This document shows positions 38,860 to 47,934 of a stretch of DNA of 64,000 nt, piece by piece. Position 1 is the first letter of the stretch, and each line of letters opens with the position of its first letter. Both the position numbers and the translations under genes were made by a program. This DNA comes from a virus. Under the pieces are notes generated by a model, which searched no databases, had not been told where the DNA came from, and saw only the letters and a program-made list of their open reading frames with translations. Location of the stretch: positions 15,742 through 79,741 of IMG/VR virus record IMGVR_UViG_3300007539_000013; one strand, 5' to 3'.

Positions 38860-39177
38860 TTATTTACTGGGACTTGGGCTGGTGTTGCCAATTTGTTGCC
38901 AGATTAACTGTATGGATTCCATTATTTCTTCGTCATGGAAATAAACCCATGTAGCCATGCCGACATTACAGATCAGGGAGATCACCAAAATTACGCCAAG
39001 GCATAAGACCAATGTCTTAATACTTTGAGCAATCCCTTCCACCTTTAATGCAAGGTCGTGAACATCATTTAACCGAGTGCCATCCACTCTTATTTCGCCA
39101 ATCTCACCATCCAGATCAGTAGACCACTCTTGGGTGTCGTGAAGAATTGTTATGTTCTGGGTGGAGGGGTTGTCCAT
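38860..39177 (-). CDS. Single-pass membrane protein (possible lysogen-expressed gene)
   Basis: LVLCLGVILVISLICNVGMATWVYF hydrophobic helix; between repressor-like gene and attP. Confidence 0.55.
   Translation of the reverse strand: MDNPSTQNITILHDTQEWSTDLDGEIGEIRVDGTRLNDVHDLALKVEGIAQSIKTLVLCLGVILVISLICNVGMATWVYFHDEEIMESIQLIWQQIGNTSPSPSK
38883..38901. other. Putative integrase arm-type sites (right pair)
   Basis: TGTTGCCA at 38883 and 38894. Confidence 0.6.
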
Positions 39178-39179
39178 TA

Positions 39180-39401
39180 TTATTTCCTTTCTATATCTGC
39201 CGCAAACTTATCAATCTGCAGAGCTTTTGTTGGTTTGTAGTCATCGCTATAAATCTGCTCCAAGTATTCCACGATTGCATCCATTATGAATGCAGACGCT
39301 GATTTTTTTGTAATCGCCAGGTGATTATTCATCTTCTCCGCTAGATCTAGCGGTATCCTGGTATTTATAGCATATAGGGTGTTATTTTTATTTTTTGTCA
39401 A
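39180..39401 (-). CDS. Ribbon-helix-helix DNA-binding protein, candidate repressor
   Basis: INTRIPLDLAEKM...SASAFIMDAIVEYL; divergent from the replication operon across an AT-rich gap. Confidence 0.7.
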   Translation of the reverse strand: MTKNKNNTLYAINTRIPLDLAEKMNNHLAITKKSASAFIMDAIVEYLEQIYSDDYKPTKALQIDKFAADIERK

Positions 39402-39523
39402 AGTAATTACTTTTTATCTTTTTGTATCACTATGTGTCAACGAAATATAATAAAATAATTACTTTAATAATAATTTACTTTTTTTCTTTTCTTATCCTTT
39501 ATCATCATTCATAACCCTTCAAC

Positions 39524-39757
39524 ATGAATGGGAAAAGCAAAGAATCATACTTAATGAAAGGTTCTGAAGTAATCTCCTTCCTAGGCTTAAAAGCTACGGC
39601 GGGATACAGATACCTACAGCATTTAGAAAAACATCAGATCATTCGACCAATCAAACTTCCGGGTCTTAAAACACCTAGATGGAAGCGTGAGGAGATCATC
39701 GAACTAGCCGAGACTAGGGATGATGTCGAGTGCCCTGAATTCGTAGTAAACCAATAA
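39524..39757 (+). CDS. Excisionase/AlpA-like winged-HTH protein
   Basis: LMKGSEVISFLGL...PIKL...PRWKREEI. Confidence 0.7.
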   Translation: MNGKSKESYLMKGSEVISFLGLKATAGYRYLQHLEKHQIIRPIKLPGLKTPRWKREEIIELAETRDDVECPEFVVNQ

Positions 39758-39774
39758 ACCAACTGGAGGATTAT

Positions 39775-40608
39775 ATGGAAATACAGGTAACCAAAATCTC
39801 GCCCAAGCAAGCGAATAAACTGCTGACAAACAACCCAGTGAATAGGACGCTATCCAACGCTACTGTTAATCAGTATGTTGAGGACATCAGAACCAATAAA
39901 TGGATGATGAATGGGGACACCATTAGGGTGTACAATCACAAGGGTCATAAGGGGTTAGCTATTGAAGATCATCAGCTAATAGATGGTCAGCATAGACTTA
40001 CGGCATGCGTTAAGGCAAATAAGCCAATAGACTGCATAATTGTAACCGTAGACACACCTGAAGTTTTTAAAACCATAGACACAGGATTAAAGCGATCACC
40101 TGCCCATGTCCTTAGTATATTGGGGAAAAAGAACTGTAATGCTTTGGCGGCCACATTAGCACTTATTAAGAAGATGGATGAAGGTGGGTTAAAAGATTGC
40201 TCACTAGGTGGCTCCTCTGCGGCAAGAATACTAAATCACGAAGTCGAGGATCTACTTGGTGTGTATCCAGGGATTGAGGATTCGGTATCTTACGCAAATT
40301 CAAGAAAGAAAGACTTTAAGACACGACCAGCCGCCATGGGTGTAATTCATTATAAGTTATGCAAGATCGACCAAGGTTTAGCTGAAGAGTTTTTAGATAG
40401 TTTTCATAGTGGAGCAAGCCTTCCGCTTAAGTCACCTATTTACCAACTCAGGGAGGCAATTAGGAAAAAACAACAAAGCGATATTATGATCTCATCATTT
40501 TGGTTCATTAAAGCACTTATTATCACTTGGAACAACTGGGTTTCGGGAAAAGAAATCTCAAGATTCGTCATGAAATCTGGCCCTATCCCTAAAATTAAAT
40601 CAGTATGA
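39775..40608 (+). CDS. ParB/Srx-like domain protein
   Basis: NRTLS...WMMNGDTI...LIDGQHRLTA...IDTGLKR; GGAGG SD upstream. Confidence 0.75.
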   Translation: MEIQVTKISPKQANKLLTNNPVNRTLSNATVNQYVEDIRTNKWMMNGDTIRVYNHKGHKGLAIEDHQLIDGQHRLTACVKANKPIDCIIVTVDTPEVFKTIDTGLKRSPAHVLSILGKKNCNALAATLALIKKMDEGGLKDCSLGGSSAARILNHEVEDLLGVYPGIEDSVSYANSRKKDFKTRPAAMGVIHYKLCKIDQGLAEEFLDSFHSGASLPLKSPIYQLREAIRKKQQSDIMISSFWFIKALIITWNNWVSGKEISRFVMKSGPIPKIKSV

Positions 40609-41234
40609 AGCTACAAACACAAAAAATCAAAGGTAAGGACTATGTCCTTGTAAATGAACGAGTGAAGGCCTTTAGGTCACACGAAAACTTCAAGGACATG
40701 TCGATAGAAACTGAAATCGTCGACATATCTGAAAATCGTGTCGTTATGGTAGCCCGTGTTAAAGACTTGAATGGAAACATTCGTGCAAGCGGACATGCTG
40801 AAGAAATTCTTACAAAGAGTGGGGTCAATGCGACCTCATTTCTTGAGAACTGTGAGACTTCTGCTGTTGGTAGATGTCTTGGCTTTCTTGGTATTGGTGT
40901 CGATGATTCAATCGCTACTTTTGAGGAGGTTGACCAAGCTATTGAAAGACAGAATGAAATAGAGGAAGAGCCTGAAGCAAAGATCGTTAAGGAGGGGAAG
41001 ATCAAACAATCTCACGCACAAGCAGAAGAAAAGTTTGACTGGAAAAATGTAGTCTGCCCGTTCCCAAAGCATAAAGGCAAGAAACTTGGCGAAATTGCAG
41101 AAATTGATGAATCCTTCATGAGTTGGATGTCGGGATTGGATGATATTAAAAGTGCTGAACTTAGGAATGGTGTAGCACAGTGGTTGAGGGAGAAAAATAA
41201 TAATGGTAAGCAAGGATTTAACAGAATCGCCTAA
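40605..41234 (+). CDS. Probable ssDNA-annealing/recombination protein with C-terminal DUF3820-like domain
   Basis: KGKDYVLVNERV...GHAEE...ENCETSAVGRCL; CPFPKHKGKKLGEI. Confidence 0.6.
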   Translation: MKLQTQKIKGKDYVLVNERVKAFRSHENFKDMSIETEIVDISENRVVMVARVKDLNGNIRASGHAEEILTKSGVNATSFLENCETSAVGRCLGFLGIGVDDSIATFEEVDQAIERQNEIEEEPEAKIVKEGKIKQSHAQAEEKFDWKNVVCPFPKHKGKKLGEIAEIDESFMSWMSGLDDIKSAELRNGVAQWLREKNNNGKQGFNRIA

Positions 41235-41937
41235 GGATAGAGGAGATGCACCCAGCGCTTCCAAGATTTCAGCAATCGCAAAGTGCCGAGCATTTCACCA
41301 AGCAAACCAAATCTTTGAGTGGTATGGTGAAAGGGATGCGGCAAATGAAGGAACTATTAGACATGAGCATGAAGAAAACCAAACGCCTCTTGATGATATT
41401 ATTGATCCTGATCAGCGATTTTGTGCAGATCGTTGCCGTAAAGCTCTCGCATGGTGCCGAGATGACCTCGGACTACTTGAGAACCAAACAACGATTGAGC
41501 GGGAAGTAAGACTTTGGTGGGATGGTAAATGGTCGGGACAACTCGACTATTTAGAAACTTGGTCAAAGTTGGGAAAGATGGATGAGGGTTTAAAAGAATT
41601 CGCGTTTGTTGCGGATTATAAAACTTTAAGAGGTGAGCATGACCCTGCTCCCGATAATTTGCAGTTGCTTGCTCAAGCTGTATTGGTTCACAAAAACTAC
41701 CCTAAAGTTTCAGAAGTTTTTGTAGCACTAATTGAACCTTTCCAAGACCCGATTTACACTACTGCCAGCTACACAGCTGATTACCTTCGGGGTAGAGGTG
41801 ATTGGATTTGTGGGATAGTTGACGAAGCAACAAGTGAAAATCCGTCTAGGACTGCGGGGCCGTCGCAATGCAAATGGTGTTCGGCGGTTCCGTTTTGTCC
41901 TGAGGTAAGAAATAAAATTATGGAGATTGTAAAATGA
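41203..41937 (+). CDS. PD-(D/E)xK exonuclease, DUF2800/Cas4-like
   Basis: PSAS...C, EGT..H, GQLD, DYKT, NLQL, QCKWC...CP. Confidence 0.8.
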   Translation: MVSKDLTESPKDRGDAPSASKISAIAKCRAFHQANQIFEWYGERDAANEGTIRHEHEENQTPLDDIIDPDQRFCADRCRKALAWCRDDLGLLENQTTIEREVRLWWDGKWSGQLDYLETWSKLGKMDEGLKEFAFVADYKTLRGEHDPAPDNLQLLAQAVLVHKNYPKVSEVFVALIEPFQDPIYTTASYTADYLRGRGDWICGIVDEATSENPSRTAGPSQCKWCSAVPFCPEVRNKIMEIVK

Positions 41938-42314
41938 AGTGGTTGGAAGATGAAAAATTAAAAGAGGCAATGGAATTAGTTCCGTTGTGTGAAGCATTCG
42001 TGAAGGCAGTGAAATCTGCGGTTAAAGCAAAGCTTGAGGAAGATCCTGAGTCCGTGCCTGGTTTCAAGCTACGAGATGGTGGCAAGGTAACGAGTTATGA
42101 TGCTAAAGATGTAGCTGATATAATAATGGAGTCTAATATACTTGGATGGGACGCATTGCTTCAGCATATGAAGTTCTCCCTGACGCCATTTGTATCCACT
42201 TGGGCAGACCACACGGGGATGACTAAGGCTGAGGCAAAGAAGGACTTGAATTCGCGACTCTCAAAAGTTGCGAAGACAAAACCTAAGTCGTCCTCGATCG
42301 TGAAGGCTAAATGA
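41934..42314 (+). CDS. Hypothetical protein resembling the C-terminal part of DUF2800 nucleases
   Basis: VPGFKLRDG motif; ATGA overlap with the nuclease. Confidence 0.6.
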   Translation: MKWLEDEKLKEAMELVPLCEAFVKAVKSAVKAKLEEDPESVPGFKLRDGGKVTSYDAKDVADIIMESNILGWDALLQHMKFSLTPFVSTWADHTGMTKAEAKKDLNSRLSKVAKTKPKSSSIVKAK

Positions 42315-42639
42315 TTCCGGGAGAAAAAATCACATTATGTGTGAAGAAAAGAACCCCTTCCTTGAATACCCTACTGAGATACAACCAGTGGGATCGGTTA
42401 AAGGAAAAGCAGGAGATGAACAAGGCGGTCTCACTCGCCATCGAGTCCGCATTGTCAGTAGACGAGTCAGGCTCTGTGACGCAGACAACCTCGTTGGGGG
42501 CGTCAAGCACCTTGTCGATAGCCTCAGGATCGGTCAAATTATACCAGAAGACGATCCCGAAGCGATCACCCTTGAAGTCTCGCAAGAAAAGGTCTCATCG
42601 TACTCCAAGGAAGAAACGTGGGTGGAGGTAGCAAGATGA
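42311..42639 (+). CDS. rusA: RusA-like Holliday junction resolvase distributed over two overlapping frames
   Basis: Frame from 42311 has PSLN...WDRLKEK; frame from 42337 has catalytic DADN..K..D...EDD. Confidence 0.7.
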
Positions 42640-43157
42640 GTGAGAAAAGCTATCCTAGCTCATACAGGCTCAATGAAACGGCATTTCTGAGATTGGAGAC
42701 ATTCTGTGAGTTGACAGGGATGAAAAAATCAGAAGTTGTAAAAGCGGCAATCGCACAGTTTATTGCACCAACTTTGGGAACTTCAAATGTAGTGCAAGCG
42801 CACTACAATCCTCATGCGCGTACGCGACTATATAATATAGATTTATCTAAAGATAAATCGCGTTGTAGTACAACGCAGGATAAAAAGGAAGAAGTTCAGA
42901 CTTGGTTCAAGGCATTTTGGAGTGTTTGTGAAAACAGACAATTTGCTGAGCGTGTCGTCAAAACGATTTCTGATAAATGGGATATTCTCAAGGAGAAGGA
43001 TCCCGAGGAGTGTGGCGAGAAATACAACGAGTATTGCAATACAGAAGCAATGGAGGGTCGAACCTACAAGCATCCAAATTCTTGGATCAATGATGGTGGG
43101 TACGATAACGAAGCAAAGAAAATAGAAGATGGAGGATTGGCATACGATTATGACTGA
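42636..43157 (+). CDS. Probable replication initiator (RHH-like N-terminus)
   Basis: SSYRL...KKSEVVKAAI; FKAFW...YKHPNSWINDGGYDNE; directly upstream of DnaB. Confidence 0.65.
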   Translation: MSEKSYPSSYRLNETAFLRLETFCELTGMKKSEVVKAAIAQFIAPTLGTSNVVQAHYNPHARTRLYNIDLSKDKSRCSTTQDKKEEVQTWFKAFWSVCENRQFAERVVKTISDKWDILKEKDPEECGEKYNEYCNTEAMEGRTYKHPNSWINDGGYDNEAKKIEDGGLAYDYD

Positions 43158-44523
43158 GATTGAGACATATCAAGATTACGACGCAGAAAGAGGATTTCTT
43201 TCATGCGTAAAGGATGAGGATTCAGATACTGCATACGACAACTGGTCTTATGCAATGGAGCAAGGAATTACAGATGAGCATTTTATGAATACAGCTTGTG
43301 CTGAATTCTTCGTGGCTTTCAAGCTAGCTGAAAAAGAAGATGACTACGGAATGTTCGGTGCGATGAATCGCCTACCAAAAGACTGGAAAGAAAATAATAC
43401 AAATTTTGTGAGCCATGTATTGTTTTGCTGTGAAACCCCAGTTCGTGGCAAAGAGTGGGTGGATCGATTGGTTAAGGCTCACAAGTGGAGAAGACTCCAA
43501 AGACTTTCTTTGAAGATTTCCGATATGGTAGGTGAAGCAGGAAAACTAGATGACCCAACCAATAGTGCAGTAAAGATCGAGGAGGAGATAACCGATTTAA
43601 TCGAACCGAATAGTAAAACTTTGGTTTCAGCAAAAGAGTTAGCCAAGGCAACCAATTTCGCAATCAAGCAAGAGCGTGAGCAAGGTGGCGCCTCCATCCA
43701 AACAAATATTAGTTATCTGAATAAAATTCTTGATGGTGGATTCAGGGCGGGACAAATGGTTGTAATCGCAGCCCGTCCATCAATCGGAAAAACAACATTC
43801 TCAATGAACATTGCACACCACGCAGGCTACAAAGGTAAGAAAATATTATTCTTTTCCCTTGAGATGTCCAATGACCAACTGGGAAAAAAATTAGCAGCGA
43901 TTGACCAAGGCGTTAATTTGTCTAAATTTGCAGAAAGAAAAGAAACTGAAGAAGATCGAAGGCAGTTACAAACTGGACTTGAGAATATATCCGAGCTTCC
44001 AATTTGGGTAGATGATGACTCAGGGCAGACAATTTCTAAGATTCGTGCCCAAACAAAGACAATGAATAGGAAGCATAACTTGGATGCCATATTCATTGAT
44101 TACCTTGGACTACTTGAGGCAGAGGATAAAAGGGATGTGAGGGAACAGCAAGTTGCTCAAATCTCAAAAGCGTGCAAAAGGTTAGCTAAGGAGCTTAACT
44201 TAGTTGTATTTTTAATCTGCCAATTAAATCGAGACTCAGCAAAATCCGGTGGTGCCCCTGCCCTACACCACTTACGGGAGTCTGGTCAAATTGAACAGGA
44301 TGCAGATATTGTTTTGATGTTACATCGTGAAATGAAAGCGGGTGGCGATTCACAAACAACTGACATAATGATTCAGAAGAATCGCTTTGGCCCCATTGGT
44401 CACACGAAAGATCGTGTAACATTTGACAGATTCACTCAACGCTTCCGCGAGAAGGCACCCGAGCCTCGCTTGAATGATGATCCTGAGGTTCGATATTACG
44501 AAACAACAGGAGGTAGAATATGA
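43150..44523 (+). CDS. dnaB: DnaB-like replicative helicase
   Basis: AARPSIGKT, FSLEM, IFIDYLGL, CQLNR, LRESGQIEQDAD, KNRFG. Confidence 0.97.
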   Translation: MTEIETYQDYDAERGFLSCVKDEDSDTAYDNWSYAMEQGITDEHFMNTACAEFFVAFKLAEKEDDYGMFGAMNRLPKDWKENNTNFVSHVLFCCETPVRGKEWVDRLVKAHKWRRLQRLSLKISDMVGEAGKLDDPTNSAVKIEEEITDLIEPNSKTLVSAKELAKATNFAIKQEREQGGASIQTNISYLNKILDGGFRAGQMVVIAARPSIGKTTFSMNIAHHAGYKGKKILFFSLEMSNDQLGKKLAAIDQGVNLSKFAERKETEEDRRQLQTGLENISELPIWVDDDSGQTISKIRAQTKTMNRKHNLDAIFIDYLGLLEAEDKRDVREQQVAQISKACKRLAKELNLVVFLICQLNRDSAKSGGAPALHHLRESGQIEQDADIVLMLHREMKAGGDSQTTDIMIQKNRFGPIGHTKDRVTFDRFTQRFREKAPEPRLNDDPEVRYYETTGGRI

Positions 44524-45044
44524 GGTCTGCTGGCGAGTTCAGGAAAGAGCTACAGAAATCTTATTTTTCAGTAGCAAAAGTTGCTGAGTATTTTAGAAGA
44601 TTTCAAGGGATGCAGGTTCAGGTGCTTCCTAATCTTGAACTTCCAGATGGAGAAAAGAATCGTCATCTTTACAGGGATGACGGAGACCTACTTGTAACAT
44701 TCCCAGTAGAGGTAAAGAGGTCTGACATTCATACATGGACTGGGAGGCATGATTTCCCTTTCGCTAATGTACATGTAATGTCCGTTAAGCAATGGGATCA
44801 ACTTAGAACAAAGCCAATCTATGTAGTTTTTGTAGATCAATACAACAGATCGGCTGCGGTCATTGAGGGATCAACCAAGGAGCAATGGAAGGTTATAGCC
44901 CAGAAAGACAAAGATGGGGTTCGTGATGCATATGTGTGCCCAAAGCATCTTTGTGAATTCATAAACCTTTCAGAAATATTTGAGGAGGATACGAAGCAAC
45001 CTCCCGTATTAACCAAGGAGGCGCAAGCCTCCTTCGGTTTTTGA
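44520..45044 (+). CDS. Putative PD-(D/E)xK nuclease
   Basis: DDGDL...VEVKR. Confidence 0.55.
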   Translation: MRSAGEFRKELQKSYFSVAKVAEYFRRFQGMQVQVLPNLELPDGEKNRHLYRDDGDLLVTFPVEVKRSDIHTWTGRHDFPFANVHVMSVKQWDQLRTKPIYVVFVDQYNRSAAVIEGSTKEQWKVIAQKDKDGVRDAYVCPKHLCEFINLSEIFEEDTKQPPVLTKEAQASFGF

Positions 45045-45065
45045 ACCATAAACCAAAAACTAAAA

Positions 45066-45398
45066 ATGCTAGGAGAAATATACACAAACATCATAGGAAC
45101 GTCGGTTGCGGAAGCGGAACCAAAAGAAATCAATGGAAAGGATGGCACTAGAACGCTAGTGGTTCTCAGACTTGCGATTAACGAAAAAGTAGGAAGCGGA
45201 GAAAGAACTTCTTATATTACTGTTAATTCCTGGAGGGATAAGCTCAACGACAAGTTGATGCAGCTAGAACTCAAAGGTAAAAATCTGAAAATCAGAGGCC
45301 CTCTTCACATTGAAGAATGGGAGAAGGATGGTCATAAGTTTCAGAAACCGGTTGTGACCATGGACAACCTAACATTCTTAGACAAGAAAGATGCTTAG
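45066..45398 (+). CDS. ssb: Single-stranded DNA-binding protein
   Basis: LRLAIN...TSYITVNSW...KG..L.I.G.L..EEWEKDG; no long acidic tail. Confidence 0.85.
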   Translation: MLGEIYTNIIGTSVAEAEPKEINGKDGTRTLVVLRLAINEKVGSGERTSYITVNSWRDKLNDKLMQLELKGKNLKIRGPLHIEEWEKDGHKFQKPVVTMDNLTFLDKKDA

Positions 45399-45576
45399 GC
45401 GTGTCTTTCGATTTGTCTATTTTCTTCCCAGGCGGGTGCGTCCTTTGTGGCGCACTCTTCTGGTGTGGGGTCGCATTTCTCGGATATTCGTTCGTGGTGG
45501 GTTGGAGAAGGTGAATCGTAAAAACGAGCTAAAGCCAAACAAGTCTCCGTTTCCACGCTATCCATATCATCGTTGA
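45391..45576 (+). CDS. Small Arg-rich hypothetical protein
   Basis: Overlaps the ssb stop; fits the operon. Confidence 0.4.
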   Translation: MLRRVFRFVYFLPRRVRPLWRTLLVWGRISRIFVRGGLEKVNRKNELKPNKSPFPRYPYHR

Positions 45577-45588
45577 CTTTACACATAA

Positions 45589-45612
45589 AGTAACACATAA
45601 CTTCGTGTAACA
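45589..45612 (-). promoter_or_regulatory. 24-bp bipartite motif copy
   Basis: TGTTACACGAAGTTATGTGTTACT (minus); a plus-strand TTGACT lies at 45573. Confidence 0.65.
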
Positions 45613-45699
45613 GATGTGGGCAATTCTATTCTTTCTTATATTGGTATTATTTTGTGGGTTTTTATATGTGGGATCTGAAAACGATAATTCGGATGAACA

Positions 45700-45981
45700 A
45701 TGAAGCGTTCAGGGCCTTTAAAAAGAAAAACCCCACTAAGGCGTGTATCGAAGCGTCGATCGAAAGAAATGAAGGAATATGGGATCCTGAGAAAGGAATT
45801 TTTGGAAAGGTTACCTATCTGCGAAGTGTGTATGAAGGAGAAATCGACAGACATCCACCACAAGGCGGGCCGGGGGAAACACTACCTTGATGTAGAGTCT
45901 TGGTTATCCACCTGTAGGGGTTGTCATGACAAAATACATCGTGAGCCTAAGTGGGCTAGGGAAAAGGGATTTTTGATATAA
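45700..45981 (+). CDS. HNH-type endonuclease
   Basis: CEVC...DIHHKAGRG...CRGCHDKIH. Confidence 0.85.
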   Translation: MKRSGPLKRKTPLRRVSKRRSKEMKEYGILRKEFLERLPICEVCMKEKSTDIHHKAGRGKHYLDVESWLSTCRGCHDKIHREPKWAREKGFLI

Positions 45982-46151
45982 TGGGTATTAATATAGAAGA
46001 TCAAAACTCTGAGCATTACTACATAAACCCTCGTAATGTGGTTTATGTGAAGCAACGAGATAAGTTTTGGAAAATCTTACTGGTTGGAGGGGAAGTTGTA
46101 ATAACTAAAAACTCAGAAGGAGCTAAAGCTATAATCAAAGCAATTAAGTGA
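45981..46151 (+). CDS. 56-aa hypothetical protein (below ORF-track cutoff)
   Basis: MGINIEDQNSEHYYINPRNVVYVK...; TAATG and GTGA overlaps. Confidence 0.6.
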   Translation: MGINIEDQNSEHYYINPRNVVYVKQRDKFWKILLVGGEVVITKNSEGAKAIIKAIK

Positions 46152-46894
46152 ACTTACTTAGTTTAGTTAATCAAGAAAGCGCTACTTATGTGATGAAGAA
46201 TCACATGTTGCTCTACCCTTCTGACTGGATGCTTGAACCTGAATTAGTCAAAGCAATCAAGGCAGATAAGCCTATGGTAAAAACCTGTATTATGGAAGGT
46301 GTGCCTAATGACCTAACACCCGATAAGTTAAGGGTTCTGGATCATGTAAATCATGTAGGCCACGACATATATACTATGCCACTATTTAGTAAGGAATTCG
46401 TAATGATGATTACGGATGAAATTAAAAATATTCAGGCAGAGGGTCTATTTGAGGTGAACCCTGATGAGGCAGAGGAAGTACAAATAAAAGAGTTTGTATT
46501 AAAGTATAGATGTCCTGGTTGGTATCTATCTATGATGCAGTTATTCATGTCCCATATAAATGTGGTACTTGGATCACTATACGGAAGAATAATGTATGAC
46601 GGTGTTATACAGCTTGCCAACTATAACCCTAGGGGTGTTGTGCAGACATCATGGCATCATGACGGTGACTCTGACTTTACTATAGTAGTTCCCTTAAATA
46701 CAGGTGACTACAAAGGTGGTGGCACTGACTTTTTTAATAGGGTTACTGTACCTGCCCTACCTAATGGTAATGCTTTAATATTTCCAGCACAAGGAATGTT
46801 GCATCGCGGTATGCCTGTCGAATCAGGAGATAGATACCTATTGGTATTTTGGATGCGAAGAAGACCACTAAATCCAGGAGTGAATCCAGAATGA
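46148..46894 (+). CDS. 2OG-Fe(II) dioxygenase, lysyl/prolyl-hydroxylase-like
   Basis: HHD (HxD), YKGGGTDF, distal H in LHRG, R in GDRYLLVFW. Confidence 0.9.
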   Translation: MNLLSLVNQESATYVMKNHMLLYPSDWMLEPELVKAIKADKPMVKTCIMEGVPNDLTPDKLRVLDHVNHVGHDIYTMPLFSKEFVMMITDEIKNIQAEGLFEVNPDEAEEVQIKEFVLKYRCPGWYLSMMQLFMSHINVVLGSLYGRIMYDGVIQLANYNPRGVVQTSWHHDGDSDFTIVVPLNTGDYKGGGTDFFNRVTVPALPNGNALIFPAQGMLHRGMPVESGDRYLLVFWMRRRPLNPGVNPE

Positions 46895-46963
46895 TTGATA
46901 TTTTTTTATGGGCGATTTTTGCGATCGCCGGAATTATAATACTAGACGAAATACTACATTAAA

Positions 46964-47227
46964 ATGAGCGAAGAACAAAAAACAGAAACCAAACCAGAAC
47001 CAGCATTATTTGAGGTACTTCTCCAAGTAATTGGAGATATTGCAAATAAGCAAAACCTTACTCTTCCTGATGTGCTTGGGCACCTTGAGTTGTGCAAGAA
47101 GTCAGCGATTGACCAGGTAATTGCACACCAACAACAGAAGATGGCTGCAGCTTCCGAGTCATCCGAAGGTGACGACAAGCAGGAGCCAGAGGTCGTAACC
47201 CCCGAAGTAGTCGAGGATAAAGCCTAA
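46964..47227 (+). CDS. Hypothetical protein
   Basis: 87 aa, protein-like composition. Confidence 0.55.
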   Translation: MSEEQKTETKPEPALFEVLLQVIGDIANKQNLTLPDVLGHLELCKKSAIDQVIAHQQQKMAAASESSEGDDKQEPEVVTPEVVEDKA

Positions 47228-47354
47228 ATTTAAAGTGTTCGCAAGAACACTCTCCGTACCCATCAAACTCATCTAGGTCTACTAGGTGTACATTACTTGG
47301 ATTGGTCAAGCTCGTTAGGAGATACCTACGGGCTTCCATCCATTTAATATTCAA
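47058..47354 (-). CDS. SWIM-type zinc-finger protein
   Basis: VDL...ECSCEHF...CRHL; C-terminal part overlaps the convergent gene. Confidence 0.55.
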   Translation of the reverse strand: MNIKWMEARRYLLTSLTNPSNVHLVDLDEFDGYGECSCEHFKFRLYPRLLRGLRPLAPACRHLRMTRKLQPSSVVGVQLPGQSLTSCTTQGAQAHQEE

Positions 47355-47656
47355 ACTATTCCTCCTTGGATTTTTTCCACCCTTCTAAGAATGCCATTTG
47401 GACATAGTATTTCAACATTATTGGACTGAATTCGTTCTCGAAATCAGTTTGATCCTTGTAAATCTGGAATGCCTTGACGAATTTGCAATGTTCGCCATCG
47501 GACATATTGACCGTATGGTTTAACCCTTGCGGTTTTTGTATGCTACCTTGGCAAGCTCCAGGTCTGGGGATTTGTTCTTCCATACCTTTGGTTTCATTGC
47601 TTTTTCGACACGACCCTTAGTCTTGTCTTTTACTCTGCAAAAATCACAACAACTAC

Positions 47657-47917
47657 TCATTTCTTACCTCTCATTGATTTTTTGCCACGGCACTTCCACT
47701 TCTTACGGGAAAGATCATTTGGACATGGTGGTTTTTTACACTTTTTAATACCGGCTGAGCGCGCGCAGTAGGCATCTGCCTTACTGGTGCCAGGCCTAAT
47801 ACGATCTTTGCCGTCCTTGGCTTTTCCTGCCTGTCCGTAGCTTACTTTTCGCTTTCTTCCTGTTTTTGGGTTTCGCACTACTTTTGCGAACCGCTTTCCC
47901 TTTGCTGGCTTTGCCAT
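47657..47917 (-). CDS. Small basic Cys-containing phage protein
   Basis: KVSYGQAG...AYCARSAG...SRKKWKC; GGGAGG SD. Confidence 0.75.
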   Translation of the reverse strand: MAKPAKGKRFAKVVRNPKTGRKRKVSYGQAGKAKDGKDRIRPGTSKADAYCARSAGIKKCKKPPCPNDLSRKKWKCRGKKSMRGKK

Positions 47918-47934
47918 GATACCCTCCCATAATG

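Noticed and set aside
38799-38880. Complete tRNA-Arg gene
   Set aside because: No D arm or 5' acceptor strand complementary to CGGGTGT; treated as the attP core.
39775-40608. The ParB-like gene as the missing PRTRC ParB
   Set aside because: It is 18 kb away in another operon and looks like the common short phage DGQHR-type protein.
45654-45890. ORF overlapping the HNH gene
   Set aside because: Largely nested in another frame of a gene with clear motifs; cannot be supported, though not excluded.
47356-47583. 75-aa minus-strand ORF
   Set aside because: Probably partly coding, but the start is ambiguous and no motif is recognisable, so it is not listed as a feature.
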